A stretch of DNA of 64,000 nucleotides. It comes from Patescibacteria group bacterium. GTDB lineage: Bacteria; Patescibacteriota; Patescibacteriia; UBA9934. The stretch lies in assembly GCA_041666145.1 (NCBI GenBank), contig JBAYHK010000002.1:260-64259 (forward strand), read 5' to 3'. Made by a program: the position numbers and the translations under genes. Below the pieces are notes generated by a model. The model did not search any database. It was not told the origin of the DNA and saw only the letters and a program-made list of their open reading frames with translations. The stretch's first letter is position 1, and each line of letters opens with the position of its first letter. Shown one piece after another: positions 56,050 through 64,000 of this stretch.

Positions 56050-57828
56050 CTAAACTGGAAGCTTCGATGCGTCAATCGCTTTAGCAACGAGATCGGCCTG
56101 CGGAATAATAAACGCTTCTTCTGAACCAAACACCTTTACCTGAATATCTCCCCCGTCTCGCTCCTTTGCCCCAACCACGATGGTCCAAGGAACTTTGTTC
56201 ATTGCTGCATCGCGAATTTTCTTCCCTACTTTCTCACTTGAATCATCAAGCGTTACGCGGATATCCGCTGCCTCGAGAAGAAGTTTTATCGATTGTGCCG
56301 CATCTCTGTATTCATCGGCAACTGTTGCGAGTCTGACCTGTTCTGGCGCAAGCCACATTGGGAATGCTCCCGCGTAGTGTTCGATCATGACACCAATAAA
56401 ACGCTCAATGGATCCAAGAATTGCGCGGTGAATCATGACTGGTCGTTGATGCGTGTTCTCTGCGTCGACGTATTCAAGTTCAAACCGTTCTGGAAGATTA
56501 AAGTCGAGCTGGATTGTTGCAAGCTGCCATTCACGACCAATCGCGTCTGTGGCAATAAAGTCTATCTTCGGACCATAGAATGCAGCTTCTCCGATACCTA
56601 AGAAATAATCACGATTCATTTCCGCGAGAAGTTCCTTCAAAGTGCCTACCGCTTTCTCCCAAACCTCAGCACCGCCTAAGTATGCCTCTGGCTTTTCTGG
56701 GTCGTTCACCGAAAGACGGGCCTTGAGTGGCATCTGAAATGCCTCATAGAATTTGGTGATGATATTCACGATCGCTCGTGCTTCGTCCTTTACCTGATCG
56801 AGTCTGCAGAAAACATGTGCGTCGTCTTGCGTAATAGATCGAACACGCGAAAGCCCCTGAAGCTGACCAGTATTCTCGTCACGATACACTGCAGTGACTT
56901 CGCTGAATCGAAGCGGAAGGTCGCGGTAACTTCGACTTCGTGATGCGTAAATCTGTGTGTGGTGCGGACAGTTCATTGGCTTCAACACAAAAGTGTCATC
57001 TGTTTTTTTACTTGTAACGTGAAAAATATCATCAGCAAATTTGTCCCAGTGTCCGCTTGTTTTGTAGAGATCGCTCTTCGCCATGTGAGGAATAGTCACT
57101 TTTGTATATCCGTATGGTTTCATTAGCGCCCACACAAACGCAACCAACTGCTCTCGAAGAACGGTTCCGCGAGGAGTAAAGAGAGGAAGCCCTGAGCCAA
57201 CGAGGGGTGAGAACGCGAAAAGATCGAGTTCGACGCCTAGTTTTCGATGGTCACGCTTCTTCGCCTCTTCAAGCATGGCTAAGTAGCTGTCCAAATCTTC
57301 TTGAGTCTCAAATGCTGTGCCATAAATTCTTGAGAGCATCTTATTTTTCTCGTCTCCATGCCAATAAGCACCTGCAGTTTTCAGCAGCTTGAATGCCCCG
57401 ATTTGTCCAGTTGACTCAAGATGCGGGCCTGAACAAATGTCTACAAAAGTCTGCGGCATGTCCTCACCTTTTTTGCCCATCCAATACACACTAATTTTTT
57501 CATTTCGTGCTTCAATAAGATCAAGCCACTCATGTTTGTATTCATTGTCTTTATACGTATTGCCACCAAAAAACTTGCGCGCTTCTTCAATCGTCATCTC
57601 ATCTTTCATGATCGACAGATTTTCTTTAATAATGTTGCCCATCTCCTTTTCGATCTTCGCAAAATCGTCCTCAGTTATTTTAAGATCCGTATCAAAATCA
57701 AAATAAAAACCCTCTTCCGTGGCTGGGCCCATAGCTGCCTTTATTTGACCAGGCCACAAACGCATCATGGCCATTGTAAGCACGTGCTCACAGGAATGTC
57801 GCATGCTTTCCAATTTCTCTTTATCCAT
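56050..57828 (-). CDS. thrS: Threonine--tRNA ligase (no N-terminal TGS domain)
   Basis: RHSCEH, GAYW, RDHRKLG, KPMNCP, AFYGPKID, HRAILGS. Confidence 0.98.
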   Translation of the reverse strand: MDKEKLESMRHSCEHVLTMAMMRLWPGQIKAAMGPATEEGFYFDFDTDLKITEDDFAKIEKEMGNIIKENLSIMKDEMTIEEARKFFGGNTYKDNEYKHEWLDLIEARNEKISVYWMGKKGEDMPQTFVDICSGPHLESTGQIGAFKLLKTAGAYWHGDEKNKMLSRIYGTAFETQEDLDSYLAMLEEAKKRDHRKLGVELDLFAFSPLVGSGLPLFTPRGTVLREQLVAFVWALMKPYGYTKVTIPHMAKSDLYKTSGHWDKFADDIFHVTSKKTDDTFVLKPMNCPHHTQIYASRSRSYRDLPLRFSEVTAVYRDENTGQLQGLSRVRSITQDDAHVFCRLDQVKDEARAIVNIITKFYEAFQMPLKARLSVNDPEKPEAYLGGAEVWEKAVGTLKELLAEMNRDYFLGIGEAAFYGPKIDFIATDAIGREWQLATIQLDFNLPERFELEYVDAENTHQRPVMIHRAILGSIERFIGVMIEHYAGAFPMWLAPEQVRLATVADEYRDAAQSIKLLLEAADIRVTLDDSSEKVGKKIRDAAMNKVPWTIVVGAKERDGGDIQVKVFGSEEAFIIPQADLVAKAIDASKLPV

Positions 57829-57852
57829 ATTTTTATTCAAGGTTTTCTAAAC

Positions 57853-58012
57853 AAAAACCCGAAGATTAAATGAATTAACCTTCGGGTCTCATTATTTCTT
57901 ATAATGGGAGGTTCCACCCGAATTGCTAAGATATTTTCTCTTTCTTAGCCACTTTATCCACGAAATGGTCGTGTCCAGAAGCTCATGGGGCGGTACTCCC
58001 AATCACTGCTTC
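57853..58012 (-). promoter_or_regulatory. T-box riboswitch (Thr, ACC specifier) with terminator
   Basis: Minus strand AATTCGGGTGGAACC T-box (57910-57924), Stem III (57925-57949), terminator (57853-57887), short Stem I containing ACC (57978-58012). Confidence 0.8.
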
Positions 58013-58053
58013 ACCAAAAAAGAATAGACTATTCCGTAACCAAACGCAACATG

Positions 58054-59211
58054 CTACTCCTCACTCACGATCTCGATCTCGATGTGATCTTTCAATGTTG
58101 GAATGCGCTCAAGCCAGAATGGAGTGAAGCTTACGGACGCATCTTTCACTGCGTCTGAAGCACGAAGCAAGGTCAACACTTCATTCGGCGCCCTGCCAAC
58201 AAATCGGTCTTTATTCACCACTTGCGAGTCTTCAGACAAAATTGCTCTTCCTTCAAGATACACACCAAGTGTTGCAGTTCCAGATTTCACATCTGCTTCT
58301 TTTACCGTCATCTGCACAGCATCCATAGAAACGCCTTCCGCGGCATATCCCTCCGGAATACGATCATAAAGCTGCGATAGCGCATATTTCTTTACTGCAT
58401 TCGCGTCGTAATACACGGCAGTCACGTCGATAGAAATCGAAACCGTAAAACTCCCCGTCTCTGTGCCAACGTCAGCGTCAACGCCTTGTGACTGAATCGT
58501 CATAGTGGAAGACTCGCCAGTAAAAACGGTTCGATCAATAGACTGAGACATCGTCGACTTTGCCTGCTCAAAGAGCGCATTCGAAACTGAAGAAACTGCA
58601 TCGTCAATGTCCTTTTGCGACAGCGTACGTTTGTAGGAAATTCCACCCTTCATGCTTTCAACACTTACTGCATAAATGGTCTGTTGCATGGACTCTGGGA
58701 GTCCAGGAATTGTGAATTGGGTTGGCCCAATTTCTCCAGACAATCCAGAAACATCTGCATGCGCAACAACATCAACTTGTCCCTTTGCCGGAACATTCAC
58801 CGCGGAATCAATGCGAAAAAGAACACCGTCTTTCGAAAGCAATCGCGTCGTCGCGACCAGCGCCTGCGACGCATTTGATTCGTTAATGATCGTCACAGAT
58901 CCCCCGGCTTTTTCCTCAGTCGGCGTTGCTCCATCTTCTGGCAAAACAATAACTTCTTGCTTTTCAAATGTCTGCCTTACTACAACGCCAGAAAGCTCAC
59001 CTTCTCGTGTGGGATTCGGCACCGCATTCACCTCAGCATCGACAGAAATCACACGAGGATTCGGAATGATCGTAATTGTTGCGCGAGAAATCGACAGATA
59101 TAGCACCGCAAGCAACAGGAAAAATGTCATGAAAACGAAGGCGACCGCAATGCGCTGATACACCTTGAGTGATCGAGAAAGTGGCTGAGTTCCGCGATTT
59201 TCTTTCACCAT
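58054..59211 (-). CDS. Membrane-anchored hypothetical protein (baseplate-J-like region, CPR type)
   Basis: TM helix; AGGSVTIIN...LVATTRL...FTIPGL...GG pattern. Confidence 0.6.
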   Translation of the reverse strand: MVKENRGTQPLSRSLKVYQRIAVAFVFMTFFLLLAVLYLSISRATITIIPNPRVISVDAEVNAVPNPTREGELSGVVVRQTFEKQEVIVLPEDGATPTEEKAGGSVTIINESNASQALVATTRLLSKDGVLFRIDSAVNVPAKGQVDVVAHADVSGLSGEIGPTQFTIPGLPESMQQTIYAVSVESMKGGISYKRTLSQKDIDDAVSSVSNALFEQAKSTMSQSIDRTVFTGESSTMTIQSQGVDADVGTETGSFTVSISIDVTAVYYDANAVKKYALSQLYDRIPEGYAAEGVSMDAVQMTVKEADVKSGTATLGVYLEGRAILSEDSQVVNKDRFVGRAPNEVLTLLRASDAVKDASVSFTPFWLERIPTLKDHIEIEIVSEE

Positions 59212-59232
59212 ACGAAAAAAAGTATATCACGC

Positions 59233-62200
59233 CTATACCTTCACATTTTCTCGTCCAACCACCTCTCCGACCGCATCAACAACCGCTCGAGAAAGATCAA
59301 TCGAATATTCCGTTGTGACTTTTCTTGTCTGTTCTTTTGACTCAACAAGAAGAAAAACTGGAGCACGACCGGGATTCGCTCGAAAGATGTCACGGAGTTT
59401 ACTGATCATGTCGTGCGTTGGATTTTGCGGCACAACAATCGAAAGCCCTTGAGAGGCCCCAACAGGAGCGATCGATATGACTTCTGTTCTCTGTGAACCA
59501 TAAGATGCAGATTCGGCGCCATTGCTTCCGTCACTCCATGCGCCAGATCTCAGCATGTCAGTCATGGCTGGAATATCTGTTTCTACAAACCCAATCATTC
59601 CGTCAACAAGAACGGAATGTTCAACGTTTTCTGATTCTTCTCGTTTTCGCTCTGATACTTTTCCCGTAATAATTACCATGGCATCTGGATTCAACTTTGT
59701 TCGAATCTGTGCAAATAACTTTGGGAAAACAACACACTCCACGCTGCCAGACGGATCTTCAAGTCGAACAAACGCCATTGGCTCATTCTTCTTCTTTGTA
59801 AAAATCTGCTTCACTAAACTAATCACGCCAGCTACTTTCACCATGGCTCCGTCATCAAACCCAGGAATTGCACTCGCCTTACTGACATAGGGCGAAAAAT
59901 GGTCATAAAATAATTTTGCTGGATGTGAAGAAACATACAAACCAAGCAATTCTTTTTCCCATGTCATGAGCAAACTCGACGGAATCTGATCAACCTGACG
60001 CAACTCAACTTTCTGCTCAACAATTGCAGTTCCAAGACCAAATAACGACGTTTGGTTCCGCGCCTGTTCATATTGAACGTGCTTGTTGTAGAGCACGAGC
60101 GTTTCCAAATTCCCTACCAACTGTGACCTGTCACCGAATCGATCAAATCCTCCAGACTTCACCAATGCTTCAAGTGTCTTTTTCGTGAATGCATTCGAAT
60201 GCACACGTCCAAGAACGTCAGCAAGGTCTGCGAATGCGCCGCCCTTCTTTCGTTCACGAACAATCTCTTCTGCAATTTCGGCACCAACATTCTTAATGGC
60301 AGAAAGTCCCCAGCGCACATTATTCGTGTCTTTCACCACCGCAAAGCCTGCGAATGATTCATTCACATCTGGTGCTAAAACATTCAGCCCCATGCGTTGG
60401 CATTCTTCAACTTCGATGGTAATACGATCAATATTTCCTGAATCAGAATTCATGAGCGCAGCCATGAATTCCGCTGGATAATGCGCTTTTAAATACGCAG
60501 TTCTATACGCAATCATTGCGTAACATGCGGCATGCGACTTATTAAATCCATATGCAGCAAAGTCTTCTAACTTTTGAAATACCACAGTCGCCACGGCCTC
60601 TTTCACACCGTTTCTTACCGAGCCTTCAATGAACTTCACTTTCATCTTTGCCATGAGTTCTGCAATCTTTTTTCCCATGGCCTTTCTGAGCGTATCTGCT
60701 TCACCACCAGTAAATCCTGCCATGTCTTTTGCAACTTGCATGACTTGCTCTTGATACACAGGGATTCCATACGTTTCACGAAAAGCGTTTTCCATGAGCG
60801 GATGTTCATACACCACCTTCTCGCTTCCGTGCTTTCTGCGAATAAAGCTTTCAATAAACTGCATTGGTCCAGGACGATACAAAGAAACCATGGCGATAAT
60901 ATCTTCAAACGCCGTTGGCTTTAGCTCCTTAATGTATCGCTTCATTCCATCAGATTCCAACTGAAACACTCCCGTAGTTTCTCCACGACCAAGAAGGTCG
61001 AACGTTTTCACATCATCAAGAGGCGCGTTGTCTAAGTCGACTCTCACCTTGTGCACTGCTTCGATAATTTCCAAGGCGTCTTCAATCACGGTCAAGTTAG
61101 ACAGCCCAAGAAAGTCCATCTTTACAAGTCCAGCAGCTTCTGCAGAGTTCAACGAATACTGCGTAACAAGCGCCATGTCTTCATGCTGACCACGCTGAAG
61201 CGGAACACGAAGAACTAACGGACGGTCACCGATGACGATGCCGCAAGCATGTTGTGAAGCATGACGAGGATTTCCTTCAAGCTTCATAGCAAGGTCAACC
61301 ACCCGTCGCGCCATTGGGTTTCCGTTATACATTGCGGAAAGATCTGGCGACTCCACGATGGCAATCTTCAGCGGAGTATGTTTACCCTGCACCGGAGGAG
61401 GAACAACTTTTGCAATCAAATCAGCCTCTTGAAATGACAGTCCAAGCACACGAGCTGCGTCGCGAATCGCCGCACGCGGCATGAGCGTTCCAAATGTAAT
61501 GATTCCTGCTACGTGGTCTGCGCCATATTTTCGCGTAATGTACTCAAGAACTTTGCCACGACCACGATCTGCAAAGTCTGTATCAATATCTGGCAATGAA
61601 ACTCGATCCGGATTCAAAAAGCGCTCAAACAATAATCCGTATCGCAATGGCTCAATATCCGTAATCCGCAATGCAAACGCCACAATCGATCCTGCTGCAG
61701 ATCCACGTCCTGGCCCCACAAGCACACCATTATTCTTTGCCCAAACAATGTAATCTTGAACAATTAAAAAGTACGACGGAAATCCCATTTTTATAATCAC
61801 GCCGTATTCATATTCAAATCGCTCCATGACGTTTTCAGGAATCGGGTCTGCGTATCGTTCCTTCAATCCTTCAATGCACAAATCACGCAATACCTCTGCA
61901 TCAGTCTTCCCTTCTGGCAGAGGGAAAATTGGCAAAAAGTTATTGCCAAGTTCCATCACAAACGAAATTCTGTCTGCAATCTTGCGCGTGTTTTCAAGCG
62001 CCTCTGGAATGTCATCACATGCCGCGAAAATCTCCTTTGGGTCGCCAAAAGACAGGTCAATATCTTCTGTAGAAGTACGACGATATTCTTCGAGCGTTCT
62101 TCCACGCTGAATACAAAGCTGCGCTTCATACCCTTCACGATCATCAGAATCAAGATAAAAAACGTTTTTTGTTGCAACAAGACGAACATTCATTTTCTTA

Positions 62201-62790
62201 TGGAATGCACGAAACGCATTGTTCACGTCTACCTGTCGCGGCATGTCTGGATGATGAATGACTTCTAAAAAGAAATTCTCAACACCAAAAATATCTTGAT
62301 ACTCACGGATCAAGCTTTCTGCCTTTTCATGTTCGTCACCTAAAAATGCATGCGCAATTTCACCACTCACACTTCCAGAAAGTGCAATGAGTCCTTTTGA
62401 ATGCGCTCGAAGAAATGCTTTGTCAACACGCGGCTTATAGTAAAAACCTTCAAGGTGCGCAGCAGAAACAATTGCACAGAGATTTCGGTAACCCTCCTCA
62501 TTCTCTACAAGCAAAACAAGCCGATACGGACGGTCATCAATACGTGGTCGACGGTCTGCCATGCCATGTTGCGCAACATAAATATCTGCACCAATAATTC
62601 CCTTCATTTCTGCGTCCTTACACGCCTTGAAAAACTCAACCGCTCCGTAAAGCGCTCCGTTGTCTGTTAATGCAATCGCATTCATGCCGAGCGACTTTGC
62701 ACGAGCAACCAACGCTTTTGGTTTTGGCAAAGCCTCAAGTAACGAATAATGCGAATGATTGTGAAGATAAACAAAGTCGTTCAGTTCCAT
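59233..62790 (-). CDS. dnaE: DNA polymerase III alpha subunit
   Basis: HNHSHYSLL PHP domain, GPGRGSAAGS, PDIDTDF, KMDFLGL, YGFNKSH, OB fold. Confidence 0.98.
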   Translation of the reverse strand: MELNDFVYLHNHSHYSLLEALPKPKALVARAKSLGMNAIALTDNGALYGAVEFFKACKDAEMKGIIGADIYVAQHGMADRRPRIDDRPYRLVLLVENEEGYRNLCAIVSAAHLEGFYYKPRVDKAFLRAHSKGLIALSGSVSGEIAHAFLGDEHEKAESLIREYQDIFGVENFFLEVIHHPDMPRQVDVNNAFRAFHKKMNVRLVATKNVFYLDSDDREGYEAQLCIQRGRTLEEYRRTSTEDIDLSFGDPKEIFAACDDIPEALENTRKIADRISFVMELGNNFLPIFPLPEGKTDAEVLRDLCIEGLKERYADPIPENVMERFEYEYGVIIKMGFPSYFLIVQDYIVWAKNNGVLVGPGRGSAAGSIVAFALRITDIEPLRYGLLFERFLNPDRVSLPDIDTDFADRGRGKVLEYITRKYGADHVAGIITFGTLMPRAAIRDAARVLGLSFQEADLIAKVVPPPVQGKHTPLKIAIVESPDLSAMYNGNPMARRVVDLAMKLEGNPRHASQHACGIVIGDRPLVLRVPLQRGQHEDMALVTQYSLNSAEAAGLVKMDFLGLSNLTVIEDALEIIEAVHKVRVDLDNAPLDDVKTFDLLGRGETTGVFQLESDGMKRYIKELKPTAFEDIIAMVSLYRPGPMQFIESFIRRKHGSEKVVYEHPLMENAFRETYGIPVYQEQVMQVAKDMAGFTGGEADTLRKAMGKKIAELMAKMKVKFIEGSVRNGVKEAVATVVFQKLEDFAAYGFNKSHAACYAMIAYRTAYLKAHYPAEFMAALMNSDSGNIDRITIEVEECQRMGLNVLAPDVNESFAGFAVVKDTNNVRWGLSAIKNVGAEIAEEIVRERKKGGAFADLADVLGRVHSNAFTKKTLEALVKSGGFDRFGDRSQLVGNLETLVLYNKHVQYEQARNQTSLFGLGTAIVEQKVELRQVDQIPSSLLMTWEKELLGLYVSSHPAKLFYDHFSPYVSKASAIPGFDDGAMVKVAGVISLVKQIFTKKKNEPMAFVRLEDPSGSVECVVFPKLFAQIRTKLNPDAMVIITGKVSERKREESENVEHSVLVDGMIGFVETDIPAMTDMLRSGAWSDGSNGAESASYGSQRTEVISIAPVGASQGLSIVVPQNPTHDMISKLRDIFRANPGRAPVFLLVESKEQTRKVTTEYSIDLSRAVVDAVGEVVGRENVKV

Positions 62791-62884
62791 GGTGGGTACA
62801 GTAACAAACGTGAAGAAAAACACCAATTCTTAGCTGATGTTCGCAAAATTCTTCATAAAAATGTTTATGATATTCTTTTGCTAT

Positions 62885-63145
62885 ATGGAATCCAAAGACA
62901 TTCTTTACATGGTGCTCGCATTTTGCGCATTGTGGTTTACTGCTTTTCTCTGTTTCGCGCTCTATCACGTCGCCACATTCATGAAACGCATGCAAGAACT
63001 TTCACATCATGCACGAGAAAAATTTGATGAACTCATGCAAAGCATCAACGTCATCCGCATGAAAATCGAAGGCCACGTTAGCGCAATTACCAACATTGGC
63101 GACGGAATCAGAAAAATCATGGAAGTATTAAGAAACCGCGAATAG
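62885..63145 (+). CDS. Small TM + coiled-coil protein
   Basis: MESKDILYMVLAFC... single TM then amphipathic helix. Confidence 0.6.
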   Translation: MESKDILYMVLAFCALWFTAFLCFALYHVATFMKRMQELSHHAREKFDELMQSINVIRMKIEGHVSAITNIGDGIRKIMEVLRNRE

Positions 63146-63153
63146 CGTAGAGA

Positions 63154-63184
63154 AAAATCTCAGCAGAAAATGCTGAGATTTTTT
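63154..63184. terminator. Bidirectional terminator
   Basis: AAAAATCTCAGCA-GAAAA-TGCTGAGATTTTT. Confidence 0.8.
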
Positions 63185-63252
63185 AAAAGAAGAGCCGCCC
63201 ACCGAGTATGACCCACGGTGGGCCAGCTCGATGAGCGGCAAGTAGTCACGAA

Positions 63253-64000
63253 TCAGAAGGTGCGAACGAACCGGAGACGGGTCTGCAGTTCCGCCGTCTG
63301 ACCAGCGGCCTGGGTGATCCCGAAGATCTCTCTGATCTGGGTCTGGCGTTCGACGCACAGCTCGTCGAGGATCTCTTTGTACTTGCCTCCCTTGGCCTCC
63401 TTCTTGGCCTTGGGGCGGAGCAGCTCTCGGTCAAAGCAGGCATCGGCGCCATAGACGAGCACCAGAAGTGCGGCGTTGCCGAACTTCTCTGCGGCATAGG
63501 CTTGGTCGAAGGCTCGTGCCACAAGCGGTGTGAGATCTGCCTCCGCCCACCGTTCCGTTCCCAAGCCTCGGGATCCTCCTCTGTCCTTGAGATACGCACC
63601 GAAGCGATGGCCAAAGACCGTGACGATTTCGTGAGCCGCTATGATCCTGCCGTCAACCATCCGATCCACCAAAGCCTTGGCAAAGGCCTTGGCGCACGGC
63701 TTATGCTGGGCCAGATTGGATCCGCAGGCTCGCATCCAGCATTCGATCGAATCGTGGGAGATCCCATCTTCGAACATGTAATGATCGAGGATGTGCGGGA
63801 GCGTATTGAGCATAGCAGCCTTCACGCGCTGTTTCCTGACAGGATCGAGCCCTTGCACGGTCTTGGAGACCGCGATGGCACCAGTCCAGATGGGCTGCAT
63901 ATGCACGTTGCGCTCGATGAGAACCGTGAAGTCCTCGGCGAGTTCCTCCGCGTCCAAGCCAAGAGCCAGAAGGTGTTCAGCGATCACGTCCGTCGCGCGG
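63253..64000 (-). CDS. Hypothetical helical protein (5' end probably outside window), GC-richer than neighbours
   Basis: Frame stays open to the window edge. Confidence 0.6.
   Translation of the reverse strand, partial: RATDVIAEHLLALGLDAEELAEDFTVLIERNVHMQPIWTGAIAVSKTVQGLDPVRKQRVKAAMLNTLPHILDHYMFEDGISHDSIECWMRACGSNLAQHKPCAKAFAKALVDRMVDGRIIAAHEIVTVFGHRFGAYLKDRGGSRGLGTERWAEADLTPLVARAFDQAYAAEKFGNAALLVLVYGADACFDRELLRPKAKKEAKGGKYKEILDELCVERQTQIREIFGITQAAGQTAELQTRLRFVRTF

Noticed and set aside
59233-62790. Intein or intron in dnaE (or gyrB)
   Set aside because: Lengths are ordinary and no splice-junction or homing-endonuclease motifs were seen.

Overview
Chromosomal segment of a reduced-genome bacterium, most likely CPR/Patescibacteria (Parcubacteria-like). 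This is inferred from the gene repertoire (DUF4012, DUF3048, short TsaB, TGS-less ThrRS, wHTH-NTase-like protein) and from AT-rich start regions lacking Shine-Dalgarno sites; genetic code 11. Most of the window is housekeeping: mreB, rplJL, xseAB, lexA, gap/pgk/eno, rpsB-tsf, queA, rpmE-prfA-prmC, rplY, rodA, gyrB, secE-nusG-rplK-rplA, gatB, miaA, thrS and dnaE, interspersed with orphan genes. No tRNA, rRNA, CRISPR array, transposase or integrase was recognised. Most notable: (1) a thymidylate-related cluster of an HxGH nucleotidyltransferase, a two-domain deaminase, an HxHxQ HIT enzyme, an in-frame DHFR-ThyA fusion lacking two phosphate-binding arginines, and dUTPase; (2) a ~122-nt covarying hairpin ending 8-9 nt before the start codons of both rpmE and rplK; (3) a transcriptional T-box with an ultra-short Stem I before thrS; (4) three families of dispersed palindromic repeats, one translated in frame inside miaA; (5) a MetK homolog lacking methionine-binding residues; (6) DoxX and type II NADH dehydrogenase genes between gap and pgk. 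All calls are from motif recognition by eye; no searches were run.
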